A stretch of DNA of 64,000 nt from Candidatus Gastranaerophilales bacterium (GCA_944325585.1 CALVAS010000001.1:7283-71282); one strand, 5' to 3'; shown: positions 36,847 through 45,790, counted from the first letter of the stretch. Translations and numbers: made by a program. The notes: generated from the sequence alone by a model not told the origin.

Positions 36847-36918
36847 GTGGAGATCAGTATAACTGAAAAAGCGTTAGTGCTTATCCTGCTGATAATACTA
36901 ACGCTTAAATTACTCTAA
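36847..36918 (+). CDS. 23-aa hydrophobic mini-protein (type I toxin-like), copy 3: (M)EISITEKALVLILLIILTLKLL
   Basis: GTG start 9 nt after the GAAAGGGGG SD, which is homologous to GAAAGGAGGTG of copies 1 and 2. Same length and polarity pattern. The sRNA terminator hairpin is embedded in the ORF. Confidence 0.5.
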   Translation: MEISITEKALVLILLIILTLKLL

Positions 36919-36962
36919 CTAGGGCTTTTAAAGGGGCAAGGAGGAACTTGCTCCGCCCTTAT
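36866..36962 (-). ncRNA. Antisense sRNA (antitoxin-like), copy 3
   Basis: Promoter TTGAAA(36996..36991)-16-TATAAT(36974..36969). 5' stem AGGGC…GCCCT. Terminator hairpin GCGTTAGT…ACTAACGC (36871..36904) plus U5. Confidence 0.5.
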
Positions 36963-37091
36963 TTACTTATTATAACATATTTTTTTATGATTTCAAGTGC
37001 GGTATAGTTTGGCGCGGTTCAAAAAGAAGCAAATTTTTCGACAGTGATTTCAGGACAACAAAATTCCTGACCGGGCAAATTCCGATTTCAA

Positions 37092-37120
37092 TTGCAATTA
37101 AAAAATTTTCACTCTATAAT
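37092..37120 (+). promoter_or_regulatory. tpiA promoter TTGCAA-17-TATAAT
   Basis: -35 at 37092..37097, -10 at 37115..37120. Confidence 0.55.
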
Positions 37121-37154
37121 ATCCATGTCGTGACAAAAAGATAGGAGAGAAATT

Positions 37155-37955
37155 ATGTCAAGAAAACCAATTATCGCAGGAAACTGGAAAATGAATCTTA
37201 TCCGTTCGGAAGCTGAAAAAGTTTTTGAAGGAATTAAAGAATTCGTAAATGACTACACAGCAGTTGAATTGCCGACAATTGTTATTGCACCGGTGTTCAC
37301 ATCAATCAGTGCTGTAAGAACAGTAAAATGCACATGCGGCTGCGGCGGCAATAAAATTTCAATTGCCGGACAAAACTGCCACTGGGAAAATTCAGGCGCT
37401 TACACAGGCGAAATTTCAGTAGAAATGTTAAAAGATGCCGGATGTGATTATGTAATTATCGGACACTCAGAAAGAAGACAATATTTCGCTGAAACTGATG
37501 AAATGATTAATAAAAAAGCAAAAGCAATTCTTGCAGGCGGTTTGATTCCGATTATCTGCTGCGGTGAAACTCTTGAACAAAGAGAAGCAGGAATTACCGA
37601 CAAATGGATTTCAGGCCAAATCAAAGCTGCTTTGGAAGGAATTTCTTCAGAAGACGTTGCAAAATCAGTTATTGCATACGAACCTATCTGGGCAATCGGA
37701 ACAGGCAAAACTTGTGACGCAGACGAAGCTAACAGAGTAATCGCAATGATTAGAAGTGTTGTTAAAGAAGTTGCAGGTGCTCAGGCTGCTGAATCTATCA
37801 GAATTCTTTACGGCGGATCAGTTAAACCTTCAACAATTGCAGAACAAATGTCAAAATCAGACATTGACGGCGCACTTGTTGGCGGAGCTTCTTTAAAAGC
37901 TGACAGCTTCAACGAAATCATTGCAAACACAATGAAAGTTGCGGTTGCAAAATAA
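37155..37955 (+). CDS. tpiA: Triosephosphate isomerase
   Basis: IIAGNWKMN, GHSERR and AYEPIWAIGTG motifs. Confidence 0.95.
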   Translation: MSRKPIIAGNWKMNLIRSEAEKVFEGIKEFVNDYTAVELPTIVIAPVFTSISAVRTVKCTCGCGGNKISIAGQNCHWENSGAYTGEISVEMLKDAGCDYVIIGHSERRQYFAETDEMINKKAKAILAGGLIPIICCGETLEQREAGITDKWISGQIKAALEGISSEDVAKSVIAYEPIWAIGTGKTCDADEANRVIAMIRSVVKEVAGAQAAESIRILYGGSVKPSTIAEQMSKSDIDGALVGGASLKADSFNEIIANTMKVAVAK

Positions 37956-37973
37956 AATTTCAATAAAATTTTC

Positions 37974-38010
37974 AAAAAGGCGGACAAATTAATGTCTGCC
38001 TTTTTGTTTT
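37974..38010 (+). terminator. tpiA intrinsic terminator
   Basis: AAAAAGGCGGACA-aattaa-TGTCTGCCTTTTT. Confidence 0.75.
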
Positions 38011-38014
38011 CTAT

Positions 38015-38043
38015 TTGCACAAAATCTTTTTTTATTCTATAAT
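38015..38043 (+). promoter_or_regulatory. Promoter TTGCAC-17-TATAAT preceding a roughly 140-nt structured leader
   Basis: -35 at 38015..38020, -10 at 38038..38043. Confidence 0.5.
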
Positions 38044-38189
38044 TGTAACACTTAGTCGGTTAGCCTTAGCAGCGCCGGCAAAAATCCGCAAAACGTTTAC
38101 ACAACGGCGGAATACATTCCAACAGTTTTGCCTGTTCAAAGGTGCCGGAAGTAAATTTTAAAAGCGGTAAACAGAAAAGGAGTAAGAAA

Positions 38190-38438
38190 ATGGCTCAACA
38201 ATTTAATGCCCAAAATATTAAAAAAAGAACGTCTGTTCTTGTGTTTTTAAAAGGTTCGACAGCGCCTCTTGTGCTTTATGTTGAAAATCCCGAGGCAATG
38301 TATGAAGAACTTAAACAGTCAATCAAAAGCCCGACGCCTCTTTTAATTGAAAGAGAAACAATGGGACCGCTTAAAAAAGTTTGTTTCATTTCAAATCAGG
38401 TGGCTTCTCTGGCACTTCAGGAAGAACAGTACATGTAA
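38190..38438 (+). CDS. Hypothetical protein (82 aa)
   Basis: AAGGAG SD before ATG 38190. Lies immediately upstream of yceD-rpmF. Confidence 0.5.
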   Translation: MAQQFNAQNIKKRTSVLVFLKGSTAPLVLYVENPEAMYEELKQSIKSPTPLLIERETMGPLKKVCFISNQVASLALQEEQYM

Positions 38439-38452
38439 TAAGGATTTAAAAA

Positions 38453-38938
38453 ATGTCCGTAATATCAATCGAAGATATAGAAAATTCAGCAAATAAAACT
38501 CTATATTGTAAATTTAATGAAGAAATCGATGAAATAAATTCAGCCGGTCCGATTCATGCTGATTTAGAGTTCCAATCGCTCGGAGATTTTATTGAAGTGA
38601 AAGGACATGTAAACGGCGTTCTAAAATTGGAATGCGACCTCTGCCTTAAAGAATTTGAATATAATCTTGATTTTGATATTGACGAAACATATGCCAAAAA
38701 CGCGCTTATGGAGAGTTACGGGCAGGAAACCGAGCTTAAAGACGGTCAGTTTATAACAGACCTCAACGGCGAAGATAAAATTGATATTTATGACTTATTG
38801 TATCAATCTGTAATATTAAATATACCAAATAAAAAAGTTTGTGGTATAAATTGTAATGGGGACAAATTTCTTAAAGAAGAAAATTTGTCCGATCCCAGAC
38901 TGGATGTATTCAAAAACATTCAAATAGACAAGGGATAA
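38453..38938 (+). CDS. yceD: YceD/DUF177 family (23S rRNA accumulation protein)
   Basis: …CDLCLKEFEYNLDFDIDE…CGINC…, and conserved position upstream of rpmF. Confidence 0.8.
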   Translation: MSVISIEDIENSANKTLYCKFNEEIDEINSAGPIHADLEFQSLGDFIEVKGHVNGVLKLECDLCLKEFEYNLDFDIDETYAKNALMESYGQETELKDGQFITDLNGEDKIDIYDLLYQSVILNIPNKKVCGINCNGDKFLKEENLSDPRLDVFKNIQIDKG

Positions 38939-39076
38939 CCTGCTTTGCGGGTTCCGGCACTCCGGCGGCATGACGACGTTTCCGGCAAACGGATTGAGGA
39001 GTGTGAAAGTTCTCCCTTAGACGGAGAACATAAAAGAAATATAAGTAGTAGGAAAAAATAAAAAGGAAAAAGAAAA

Positions 39077-39466
39077 ATGGCAGTACCTAAGAAAAGAACA
39101 GGACATTCCGCACAAGGACATAGAAGAAGCAACTGGAAAGCAACAAAACCGGAAACAACAAAATGCCCGAATTGCGGTGAAACAGTATTAACTCACACAG
39201 TCTGCACGGCTTGCGGAACTTACAAAGGCAAACCGGTAAGATTGAAAGACAGAGTTGAAGAAGTAAAGGTTGAAGAAAAGAAACCTGCAAAAAGAACTTC
39301 TAAAAAAGCTGAAACCAAAGCTGCAGCTGAAGAAACTAAAGTTGAAGCAGTAAAAGAAGAAGAAGTAAAACCTGAAGCTGAAGAAGCAGTTGAAGCAAAA
39401 ACTTCAGAAACAGAAGAAAAAACCGAAGCCAAAGCAGAAGAAGTTTCAGAAGACGAAGAAAAATAA
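39077..39466 (+). CDS. rpmF: 50S ribosomal protein L32 with a roughly 70-aa Lys/Glu/Ala-rich C-terminal extension
   Basis: MAVPKKRTGHSAQGHRRSNWK…CPNCGE…CTACGTYKGK, then KVEEKKPAKR…EEK. Confidence 0.88.
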   Translation: MAVPKKRTGHSAQGHRRSNWKATKPETTKCPNCGETVLTHTVCTACGTYKGKPVRLKDRVEEVKVEEKKPAKRTSKKAETKAAAEETKVEAVKEEEVKPEAEEAVEAKTSETEEKTEAKAEEVSEDEEK

Positions 39467-39545
39467 TTACAAAACCGGATGGTTGGATTTCCAATCATCC
39501 GGTATAAACAAACCGTTGAACTTGATAAGACTTTGAGAGGGAAAG

Positions 39546-40601
39546 ATGACAAGAATAGCAATTGATGCAATGGGCGGGGATCATGCTCCGCATGAAATCG
39601 TAGCAGGTGCCGTTTGGGCAGCTCAAGAATACGGTGTAGCTCTTGAATTGGTCGGAAAACAGGATCGCATTGAACAGGAACTTGATAAGATTACTCATGA
39701 AGGGTTCTATTCGGATTGCGGCAAGGCCGGCAAACAGTACCGTGTAAAAATTGATACATCAAAACTTGATATCAAAATAACCCATGCTTCAGAAGTAATT
39801 GAAATGGGTGAAGCACCCGGACAAGCTATTCGTAAGAAGAAAAAATCATCAATTGTTCTGGCAGTAGACGCTGTTGCTCAAGGAAGTTCCGACGCAGTAG
39901 TTGCCGCAGGTTCAACAGGAGCCGCAATGGCATCAAGTTTATTCGGTCTGGGCAGAATCCCCGGAATCGACCGTCCTGCAATTGCCGTAACACTGCCGAC
40001 TATTAAAAAACCTATTGTTGTTATTGATGCCGGTGCAAACAGCAACTGTTCTCCTGAGATGTTATACCAGTTTGCTGTTATGGGTTCAACTTTCTCTAAA
40101 AACGTTCTTGGTATTGAGCACCCACGTATCGGTGTATTGAATATCGGCGAAGAAGCCGGTAAAGGCAATGAACTTGCTCAGGCAACATACAAACTTTTAG
40201 AAGAACAGCAGGAAAAATTGAACTTTGTCGGAAATATCGAAGGCAAAGAAATCTTTTTGAGCGTTTGTGACGTTGTTGTATGCGACGGATTTGTAGGAAA
40301 CGTTGCATTAAAAGTTACCGAAGGTACTTCTCAAATGCTTTTCAGAATGCTTAAACAGGAGTTTAAGGCTGATTTGCTCGGAAAAGTTATCGGACTTCTT
40401 GCAAAACCGTTTATGAAAAGAATTTATACAAAAATTAACTATGAAGAATTTGGCGGCGCATTACTTTTAGGCGTTAAAGGAATTACCGTAATTTCACACG
40501 GAAGAAGCAAAGCCTATGCAATTAAAAATGCGGTTAGAGTTGCAAAACACGCTGTTGAAACAGGTGTAAACGAAAAAATAGCAAAGTTTTATGAGGAATA
40601 A
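39546..40601 (+). CDS. plsX: Phosphate acyltransferase PlsX
   Basis: IAIDAMGGDHAP and …VVCDGFVGNVALK…. Confidence 0.92.
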   Translation: MTRIAIDAMGGDHAPHEIVAGAVWAAQEYGVALELVGKQDRIEQELDKITHEGFYSDCGKAGKQYRVKIDTSKLDIKITHASEVIEMGEAPGQAIRKKKKSSIVLAVDAVAQGSSDAVVAAGSTGAAMASSLFGLGRIPGIDRPAIAVTLPTIKKPIVVIDAGANSNCSPEMLYQFAVMGSTFSKNVLGIEHPRIGVLNIGEEAGKGNELAQATYKLLEEQQEKLNFVGNIEGKEIFLSVCDVVVCDGFVGNVALKVTEGTSQMLFRMLKQEFKADLLGKVIGLLAKPFMKRIYTKINYEEFGGALLLGVKGITVISHGRSKAYAIKNAVRVAKHAVETGVNEKIAKFYEE

Positions 40602-40604
40602 TTA

Positions 40605-41615
40605 ATGACGAATAAGGTATATCCGCTTAGAATAGCGGGCGTTGGATACAGTTTACCCGAAACGGTTATAACAAATGATGATTTGACACAATTGTACGAA
40701 ACTTCTGACGAATGGATTTATACAAGAACCGGTATAAAGGAAAGACGTGTTGTTTCAGGCGAAGAAAACGCAATTGATTTAGGATTTGATGCCGCTAAAA
40801 AAGCTATTGAAAAATCAGGCATTGATCCGGAAGATATAGACTTAATTCTTGCAGCGTCATCAGCTCCGCCGGATTTGTATCCTGCTATCGCATGCCATAT
40901 TCATCAAAGACTCGGTATTAAAAAGCCTGTTCCTGCATTTGATATAACTGCGGCTTGCACAGGTTTAGTCTACGGTCTAAGCATTGCAAAGGCTTATATC
41001 GCATCAGGCATGTACAAAAATATTCTTCTTGTTGCGACAGATAACAATTCACGTCTCGTAAACTGGGCAGACAGAAGCACTTCAATTCTTTTCGGAGACG
41101 GCGCAGGCGCAATGGTTGTTACCCGTGCTGAAGACGGAATTGATGATATTATTGCAATTGATATTAAAGCCGACGGAAATTACGGAAATTTAATCGAGCT
41201 TTCATATGACGGAAAAAATTGCCCGCTGGTCGAACAATATCAAGAAAAACCGAAAGGTATCCGTATGAACGGACGCGGAGTTTATACATTCGTTGCGAAA
41301 GTTCTTCCTCATTATGTTGAAGAACTGGTTACAAATGCAGGCATGAAGGCTGAAGATATTGATTATCTGATTCCGCATCAGGCAAATATCAGAATAATTC
41401 AGGCTGTTCAGGAAAGACTCGGATACAGCGATGACAAAGTCGTTGCAAATATTAAATACTATGGAAACACATCTGCAGCATCAATTCCTATAGCTCTGGC
41501 CGAAAGTGTTGAAAAAGGCAATGTTAAACTCGGTACAACAGCAATTCTTTGCGGATTCGGCGCAGGTATGACCTGGGGCGGAGCAATAGTCAGACTGAGA
41601 GAGGGAATCTGCTGA
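40605..41615 (+). CDS. fabH: 3-oxoacyl-ACP synthase III
   Basis: AACTG (active-site Cys), HQANIRI and GNTSAASIP. Confidence 0.92.
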   Translation: MTNKVYPLRIAGVGYSLPETVITNDDLTQLYETSDEWIYTRTGIKERRVVSGEENAIDLGFDAAKKAIEKSGIDPEDIDLILAASSAPPDLYPAIACHIHQRLGIKKPVPAFDITAACTGLVYGLSIAKAYIASGMYKNILLVATDNNSRLVNWADRSTSILFGDGAGAMVVTRAEDGIDDIIAIDIKADGNYGNLIELSYDGKNCPLVEQYQEKPKGIRMNGRGVYTFVAKVLPHYVEELVTNAGMKAEDIDYLIPHQANIRIIQAVQERLGYSDDKVVANIKYYGNTSAASIPIALAESVEKGNVKLGTTAILCGFGAGMTWGGAIVRLREGIC

Positions 41616-41848
41616 TGAATTTCGGATTTGGTAAAATAAACGGATTCAGTTCTGCAGGCTTTTTAATTTCAGGAGCCCAACAAGTGTTTGAAAAGCCAAG
41701 TGCAAAATTGGTTAAAAATGTTAATAAATCAGTTCCTGAAACTCCGTTTTTTGCAAAGCCTTTCAAACCTCAGTGTGAATTCTGCAAGGAAAAAATCGGA
41801 CTGCTGAATGATGATGTGTTTGTAAAAGAAAGTAAAGTCCATAAGTGA
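41615..41848 (+). CDS. Small hypothetical protein (77 aa) inserted between fabH and fabD
   Basis: Its ATG overlaps the fabH TGA (TGATG). It ends 21 nt before the fabD ATG. Contains CEFC. No homology recognised. Confidence 0.4.
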   Translation: MNFGFGKINGFSSAGFLISGAQQVFEKPSAKLVKNVNKSVPETPFFAKPFKPQCEFCKEKIGLLNDDVFVKESKVHK

Positions 41849-41868
41849 AATTTAATAAGGAGTATAAA

Positions 41869-42819
41869 ATGACAAAAAAGATGGCATTCTTATTTCCAGG
41901 ACAAGGCTCACAGTCAGTCGGAATGGGAAAAGATTTGTATGAAAATTTTGACAGTGCAAAAAAAGTTTTTGAAACGGCAGACGCAGTCTTAGGTAAATCA
42001 ATATCAGCTTTATGCTTTGAAGGGCCGGAAGAAGATTTGAAACAAACCGTAAACACCCAGCCATGTATTGTTACGACATCAATTGCAGCCCTTGAAAGTC
42101 TGAAATCAGAATTTGGCATAAATCCGGACTATGTAGCGGGGCATTCACTCGGTGAATACTGTGCAATGTACGCAGCAGGCGTAATGTCTTTGGAAACAGC
42201 CTTAAAAGCAATTCAGAAACGCGCGGATTTGATGAATGCATCAGCAAAAGGCGGTGCAATGTCAGCGGTTTTGAACGCAAGCGAAGAAGCAATTAACGAA
42301 TCGTTAAAAGAAGCCTCAAAAATAGGTTACGTTGATGTTGCTAATTACAATTCTCCTGCGCAGGTTGTTATCACAGGGGATGAAAATGCTGTTCAGAAAG
42401 CAGGCGAACTTCTTCTGGAAAAAGGCGCCAGAAGAGTTGTTCCGCTTCCTGTTTCTGGGGCTTTCCATTCAAAGTTTATGGAAAATGCAGGCAAAGAGTT
42501 TGAAACCTTTGCGGCAAGTTTGAATTTGAATAATGCATCAATTCCTGTTTTTACGAACGTTGACGCGGAAGCAACAGTGAGTGCTGCTGATTTCAGAGCA
42601 AAAATGCCGAAACAAATTTATTCATCCGTTTATTGGACGCAAACAATACAAAAAATGGCTGCCGAAGGCGTAGAAATTTTTGTGGAAATCGGACCCGGCA
42701 AAGTTCTTGCGGGATTGAATAAAAAAATCGTGCCGGAAGCAAAGATTTTCAACGTATATGATAAAGCATCACTTGAAGCAACAGTTGCTGCATTGAAAGA
42801 AGATTTGGTTTTAGTATAA
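41869..42819 (+). CDS. fabD: Malonyl-CoA:ACP transacylase
   Basis: FLFPGQGSQ and GHSLGEY. AAGGAG SD before ATG 41869. Confidence 0.92.
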   Translation: MTKKMAFLFPGQGSQSVGMGKDLYENFDSAKKVFETADAVLGKSISALCFEGPEEDLKQTVNTQPCIVTTSIAALESLKSEFGINPDYVAGHSLGEYCAMYAAGVMSLETALKAIQKRADLMNASAKGGAMSAVLNASEEAINESLKEASKIGYVDVANYNSPAQVVITGDENAVQKAGELLLEKGARRVVPLPVSGAFHSKFMENAGKEFETFAASLNLNNASIPVFTNVDAEATVSAADFRAKMPKQIYSSVYWTQTIQKMAAEGVEIFVEIGPGKVLAGLNKKIVPEAKIFNVYDKASLEATVAALKEDLVLV

Positions 42820-42833
42820 AAGGAGAAAGCAAT

Positions 42834-43166
42834 ATGAAAAAAATATTAGTTGCATTTTTAATGTTTTTAGCTGGTTCAACTGTAATGGCAGCAAGTAATA
42901 ACGCTGTTGTAAACTCTAATAGCAGTTTACAGGATTATTACACTAAAATGAAAACTTGTACTCCTGCAAAGGCAAGCGGTATGCAAGTCATCGGGAAAGT
43001 CGGCGGTAAGTGCCAATTTAAGGAAGGTCCTGTAACTTGTAGTGTTCCGATGAGTGTAGCCCAAAAATATGCTGTTGAAAGTCTAAATAAATTGGGCAAA
43101 AGTGGTACAAACAAATATGTGGATGATGTGATAAACAATCCTCAATATTGTCAGTTTAAATTTTAA
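42834..43166 (+). CDS. Small secreted protein (110 aa) inside the fab operon
   Basis: Signal peptide MKKILVAFLMFLAGSTVMA and four Cys. Located between fabD and fabG. Confidence 0.5.
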   Translation: MKKILVAFLMFLAGSTVMAASNNAVVNSNSSLQDYYTKMKTCTPAKASGMQVIGKVGGKCQFKEGPVTCSVPMSVAQKYAVESLNKLGKSGTNKYVDDVINNPQYCQFKF

Positions 43167-43177
43167 GGAGAATATAA

Positions 43178-43903
43178 ATGTCTGAAAAATTAGCATTGAT
43201 AACAGGCGCATCAAGAGGAATCGGAAAAGCGTGTGCAATTGAACTTGCAAAAGCGGGTTATGATATTGCCGTAAATTACGCCGGAAACGTTGATGCCGCA
43301 AATAAAACAGTTGAAGAATTGAAGGCTCTGGGCGTTCAGGCAGAAGCATTTAAATTTGATGTTTCTGACAAGGAAGAGGCTCAAAAAGGTGTTGAAGCCG
43401 TGATTGAGAAATTCGGACGTATTGATGTTCTTGTAAATAATGCAGGCATAACCCGCGACGGTTTGTTTATGAGAATGAGTGCAGAAAATTGGGATGCCGT
43501 TATTAATACAAATTTATCAAGTGCTTTTTATGTTTCACAACCGGTAGTTAAAGTTATGATGAAGCAAAGAAGCGGTGCAATTGTTAATATGTCAAGCGTT
43601 GTCGGTGTTTCAGGAAATGCAGGTCAGGCAAACTATTCTGCGGCAAAAGCAGGTCTTATCGGTTTGACCAAAACTTTAGCAAAAGAACTCGGTTCACGCG
43701 GAATAAGAGTTAACGCAATTGCCCCCGGTTTTATTAACACTGATATGACAAAAGATTTGGATACTTCCAAATTTACTGACTTTATTCCGCTTAAACGTCT
43801 TGGCGAGCCGGAAGATATTGCAAAAGCCGTTAAGTTTCTTGCGGCAGACGCGGACTACGTAACCGGACAGGTTCTGGAAGTTGACGGCGGATTGATTATC
43901 TAG
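43178..43903 (+). CDS. fabG: 3-oxoacyl-ACP reductase
   Basis: ALITGASRGIG, NNAGI and YSAAKAG. Confidence 0.92.
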   Translation: MSEKLALITGASRGIGKACAIELAKAGYDIAVNYAGNVDAANKTVEELKALGVQAEAFKFDVSDKEEAQKGVEAVIEKFGRIDVLVNNAGITRDGLFMRMSAENWDAVINTNLSSAFYVSQPVVKVMMKQRSGAIVNMSSVVGVSGNAGQANYSAAKAGLIGLTKTLAKELGSRGIRVNAIAPGFINTDMTKDLDTSKFTDFIPLKRLGEPEDIAKAVKFLAADADYVTGQVLEVDGGLII

Positions 43904-43950
43904 GCTAAAGTAAAGATTTTTAACAATATGCTTTGGGGAATGTAAATTCC

Positions 43951-43979
43951 TTGCAAAAAAATCATGTGCCAGATATAAT
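43951..43979 (+). promoter_or_regulatory. acpP promoter TTGCAA-17-TATAAT
   Basis: -35 at 43951..43956, -10 at 43974..43979. Confidence 0.55.
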
Positions 43980-44048
43980 ATTATGGTATAGACGCGAGAG
44001 CGAACTTAAAAGATGTGTAGTAATACAATAATTAATGAGGAAAAAAAG

Positions 44049-44279
44049 ATGAGTACATTTGAAAAAGTTAAAAAAGTTGTAGCAGATCAATTGAGCGTTG
44101 ATGAAGCATTAGTTACTCCGGAAGCTAGTTTCACAGCTGATTTGGGTGCTGATTCATTAGACACTGTTGAATTGGTTATGGCTTTTGAAGAAGAGTTCGG
44201 ATGCGAAATTCCTGATGAAGAAGCTGAAAAAATTCAAACAGTTCAAGACGCTGTAAATTATATTGATTCTCACAAATAG
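44049..44279 (+). CDS. acpP: Acyl carrier protein
   Basis: [21 protein letters not shown] (phosphopantetheine Ser). Confidence 0.95.
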   Translation: MSTFEKVKKVVADQLSVDEALVTPEASFTADLGADSLDTVELVMAFEEEFGCEIPDEEAEKIQTVQDAVNYIDSHK

Positions 44280-44327
44280 TCGGTAAAAGTCAGACCGTTC
44301 TTATCTTGTGAGAGCGTTAAGAAATTT

Positions 44328-44370
44328 ACGAGGGCGAAAATTGAATATTAATTTTCCCCTCGTATATTTT
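44328..44370 (+). terminator. Hairpin/partial terminator between acpP and fabF
   Basis: ACGAGGGcGAAAATT-gaatatt-AATTTTCCCCTCGT, followed by a U-rich tail. Confidence 0.5.
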
Positions 44371-44471
44371 AAAAAAAAGTTTTAAAGCCGTATTTGATTT
44401 TAAATGAATAATTTTAAAAATATTGTCGAAATCCGGCTTAAATCTGAGAGTAATTTTAAAAAGGTAAAGAG

Positions 44472-45725
44472 ATGGCTAAAAGAAGAGTTGTAATAACAGG
44501 ACTTGGTGCAGTAACACCGTTTGGTGTAGGAACAGACAAATTTTGGAACAGTCTTGTTGAAGGTAAAAGCGGAATATCAACATCGGAATCTATTGACATT
44601 TCCAAACATGTTGTAAAAATTTCCGGTGAGGTCAAAAACTTCAATCCAGAAGAATATATTGATCCGAAAGAAGCAAAAAAAATGGACAGATATATTCAAT
44701 TTGCGGTCATTGCGGCAGATGAAGCAGTTAAAGACGCAAAATTGGAAGAAGTGAAAGATGTTGATCCTTACAGAATAGGAGTTATCGTCAGCTCTGCTGC
44801 AGGCGGTTTCAGAACTTTTGAAGATAACCATGTCAGAATTTTGGAAAAAGGTCCGAACAAATGTTCACCGTTTACAATTCCGATGATGATTGTAAATATG
44901 GCATCAGGCAGAATTTCAATGAAATACGGTTTCAAAGGCATTAACAAGGTTGTAGTTTCAGCCTGTGCTACAGGAACCCATTCAATCGGTGATGCATTCC
45001 GTTCAATTCAATACGGTGATGCTGATATTATGATTGCCGGCGGTGCAGAAGCAACGATTTGTGATGTAGGCGTCGGAGCGTTTTCATCTGCAAGAACTCT
45101 TTCCAAACGCAATGATGAACCGCAGAAGGCATCACGTCCGTGGGATGTTGACCGTGACGGATTTGTAATGAGCGAAGGCGCAGGGGTTCTTGTTCTGGAA
45201 GAATATGAACATGCCAAAAAACGCGGTGCAAAGATTTATGCAGAAATTGTCGGATACGGTCAAACAGCTGATGCTTATGATGTTGTTGCGCCGGATCCTG
45301 AAGGTCAGGGTGCAACTCATTCAATGAAATTTGCGCTTGAAGACGCAGGCTTGAAACCTGAAGATATCCAGTACATTAATGCTCATGGTACAAGCACAGG
45401 CCTTGGCGATATTGCAGAAAGCAAAGCGATTGAAGGATTGTTTGGCGACAAAGTTAAAAACCCGAATTTGATGGTTTCATCAACAAAATCAATGCACGGG
45501 CACCTTCTGGGCGCAACGGGGGCTGTTGAATGTATTGCATGCGTTAAGGCAATCAACGAACACATTGTTCCGCCGACAATCAACCTTGACAATCAGGATG
45601 AAAATGTCGGAAATCTTGATTATGTTCCGCACAAAGCTAGAAAAGCTGATATTCATGCAGCGCTTTCAAATTCATTCGGATTTGGCGGACAAAACGCTTC
45701 AATTGTTATTAAAGAAGTTAAGTAA
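44472..45725 (+). CDS. fabF: 3-oxoacyl-ACP synthase II
   Basis: SACATG, HGTSTGLGD and GHLLGATG. Confidence 0.93.
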   Translation: MAKRRVVITGLGAVTPFGVGTDKFWNSLVEGKSGISTSESIDISKHVVKISGEVKNFNPEEYIDPKEAKKMDRYIQFAVIAADEAVKDAKLEEVKDVDPYRIGVIVSSAAGGFRTFEDNHVRILEKGPNKCSPFTIPMMIVNMASGRISMKYGFKGINKVVVSACATGTHSIGDAFRSIQYGDADIMIAGGAEATICDVGVGAFSSARTLSKRNDEPQKASRPWDVDRDGFVMSEGAGVLVLEEYEHAKKRGAKIYAEIVGYGQTADAYDVVAPDPEGQGATHSMKFALEDAGLKPEDIQYINAHGTSTGLGDIAESKAIEGLFGDKVKNPNLMVSSTKSMHGHLLGATGAVECIACVKAINEHIVPPTINLDNQDENVGNLDYVPHKARKADIHAALSNSFGFGGQNASIVIKEVK

Positions 45726-45745
45726 CAAAATTCTAATTTTAACAT

Positions 45746-45775
45746 AAAAAGCCGGATTTTTTATCCGGCTTTTTA
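45746..45775. terminator. Terminator after fabF (bidirectional)
   Basis: AAAAAGCCGGAT-tttt-ATCCGGCTTTTT. Confidence 0.75.
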
Positions 45776-45790
45776 TGTTTTTTAATCAAT

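Noticed and set aside
36845-36862. A 5-codon ORF, ATG-TGG-AGA-TCA-GTA-TAA (MWRSV).
   Set aside because: The overlapping GTG frame gives a 23-aa hydrophobic peptide homologous in length and pattern to the other two copies. The 5-aa ORF has no counterpart in them.
36674-36960. An FMN (RFN) riboswitch was expected upstream of ribE-ribBA. The minus strand has AAGGGCGGAGCAAGTTCCTCC, which vaguely resembles the RFN 5' block.
   Set aside because: The conserved RFN core blocks (…ACCGGCGGT…, …GCCGACAGT.AAAGTCTGGATG…) are absent. The region is better explained by the mini-ORF/antisense-sRNA locus (copy 3). The ribE proximal leader is only about 50 nt.
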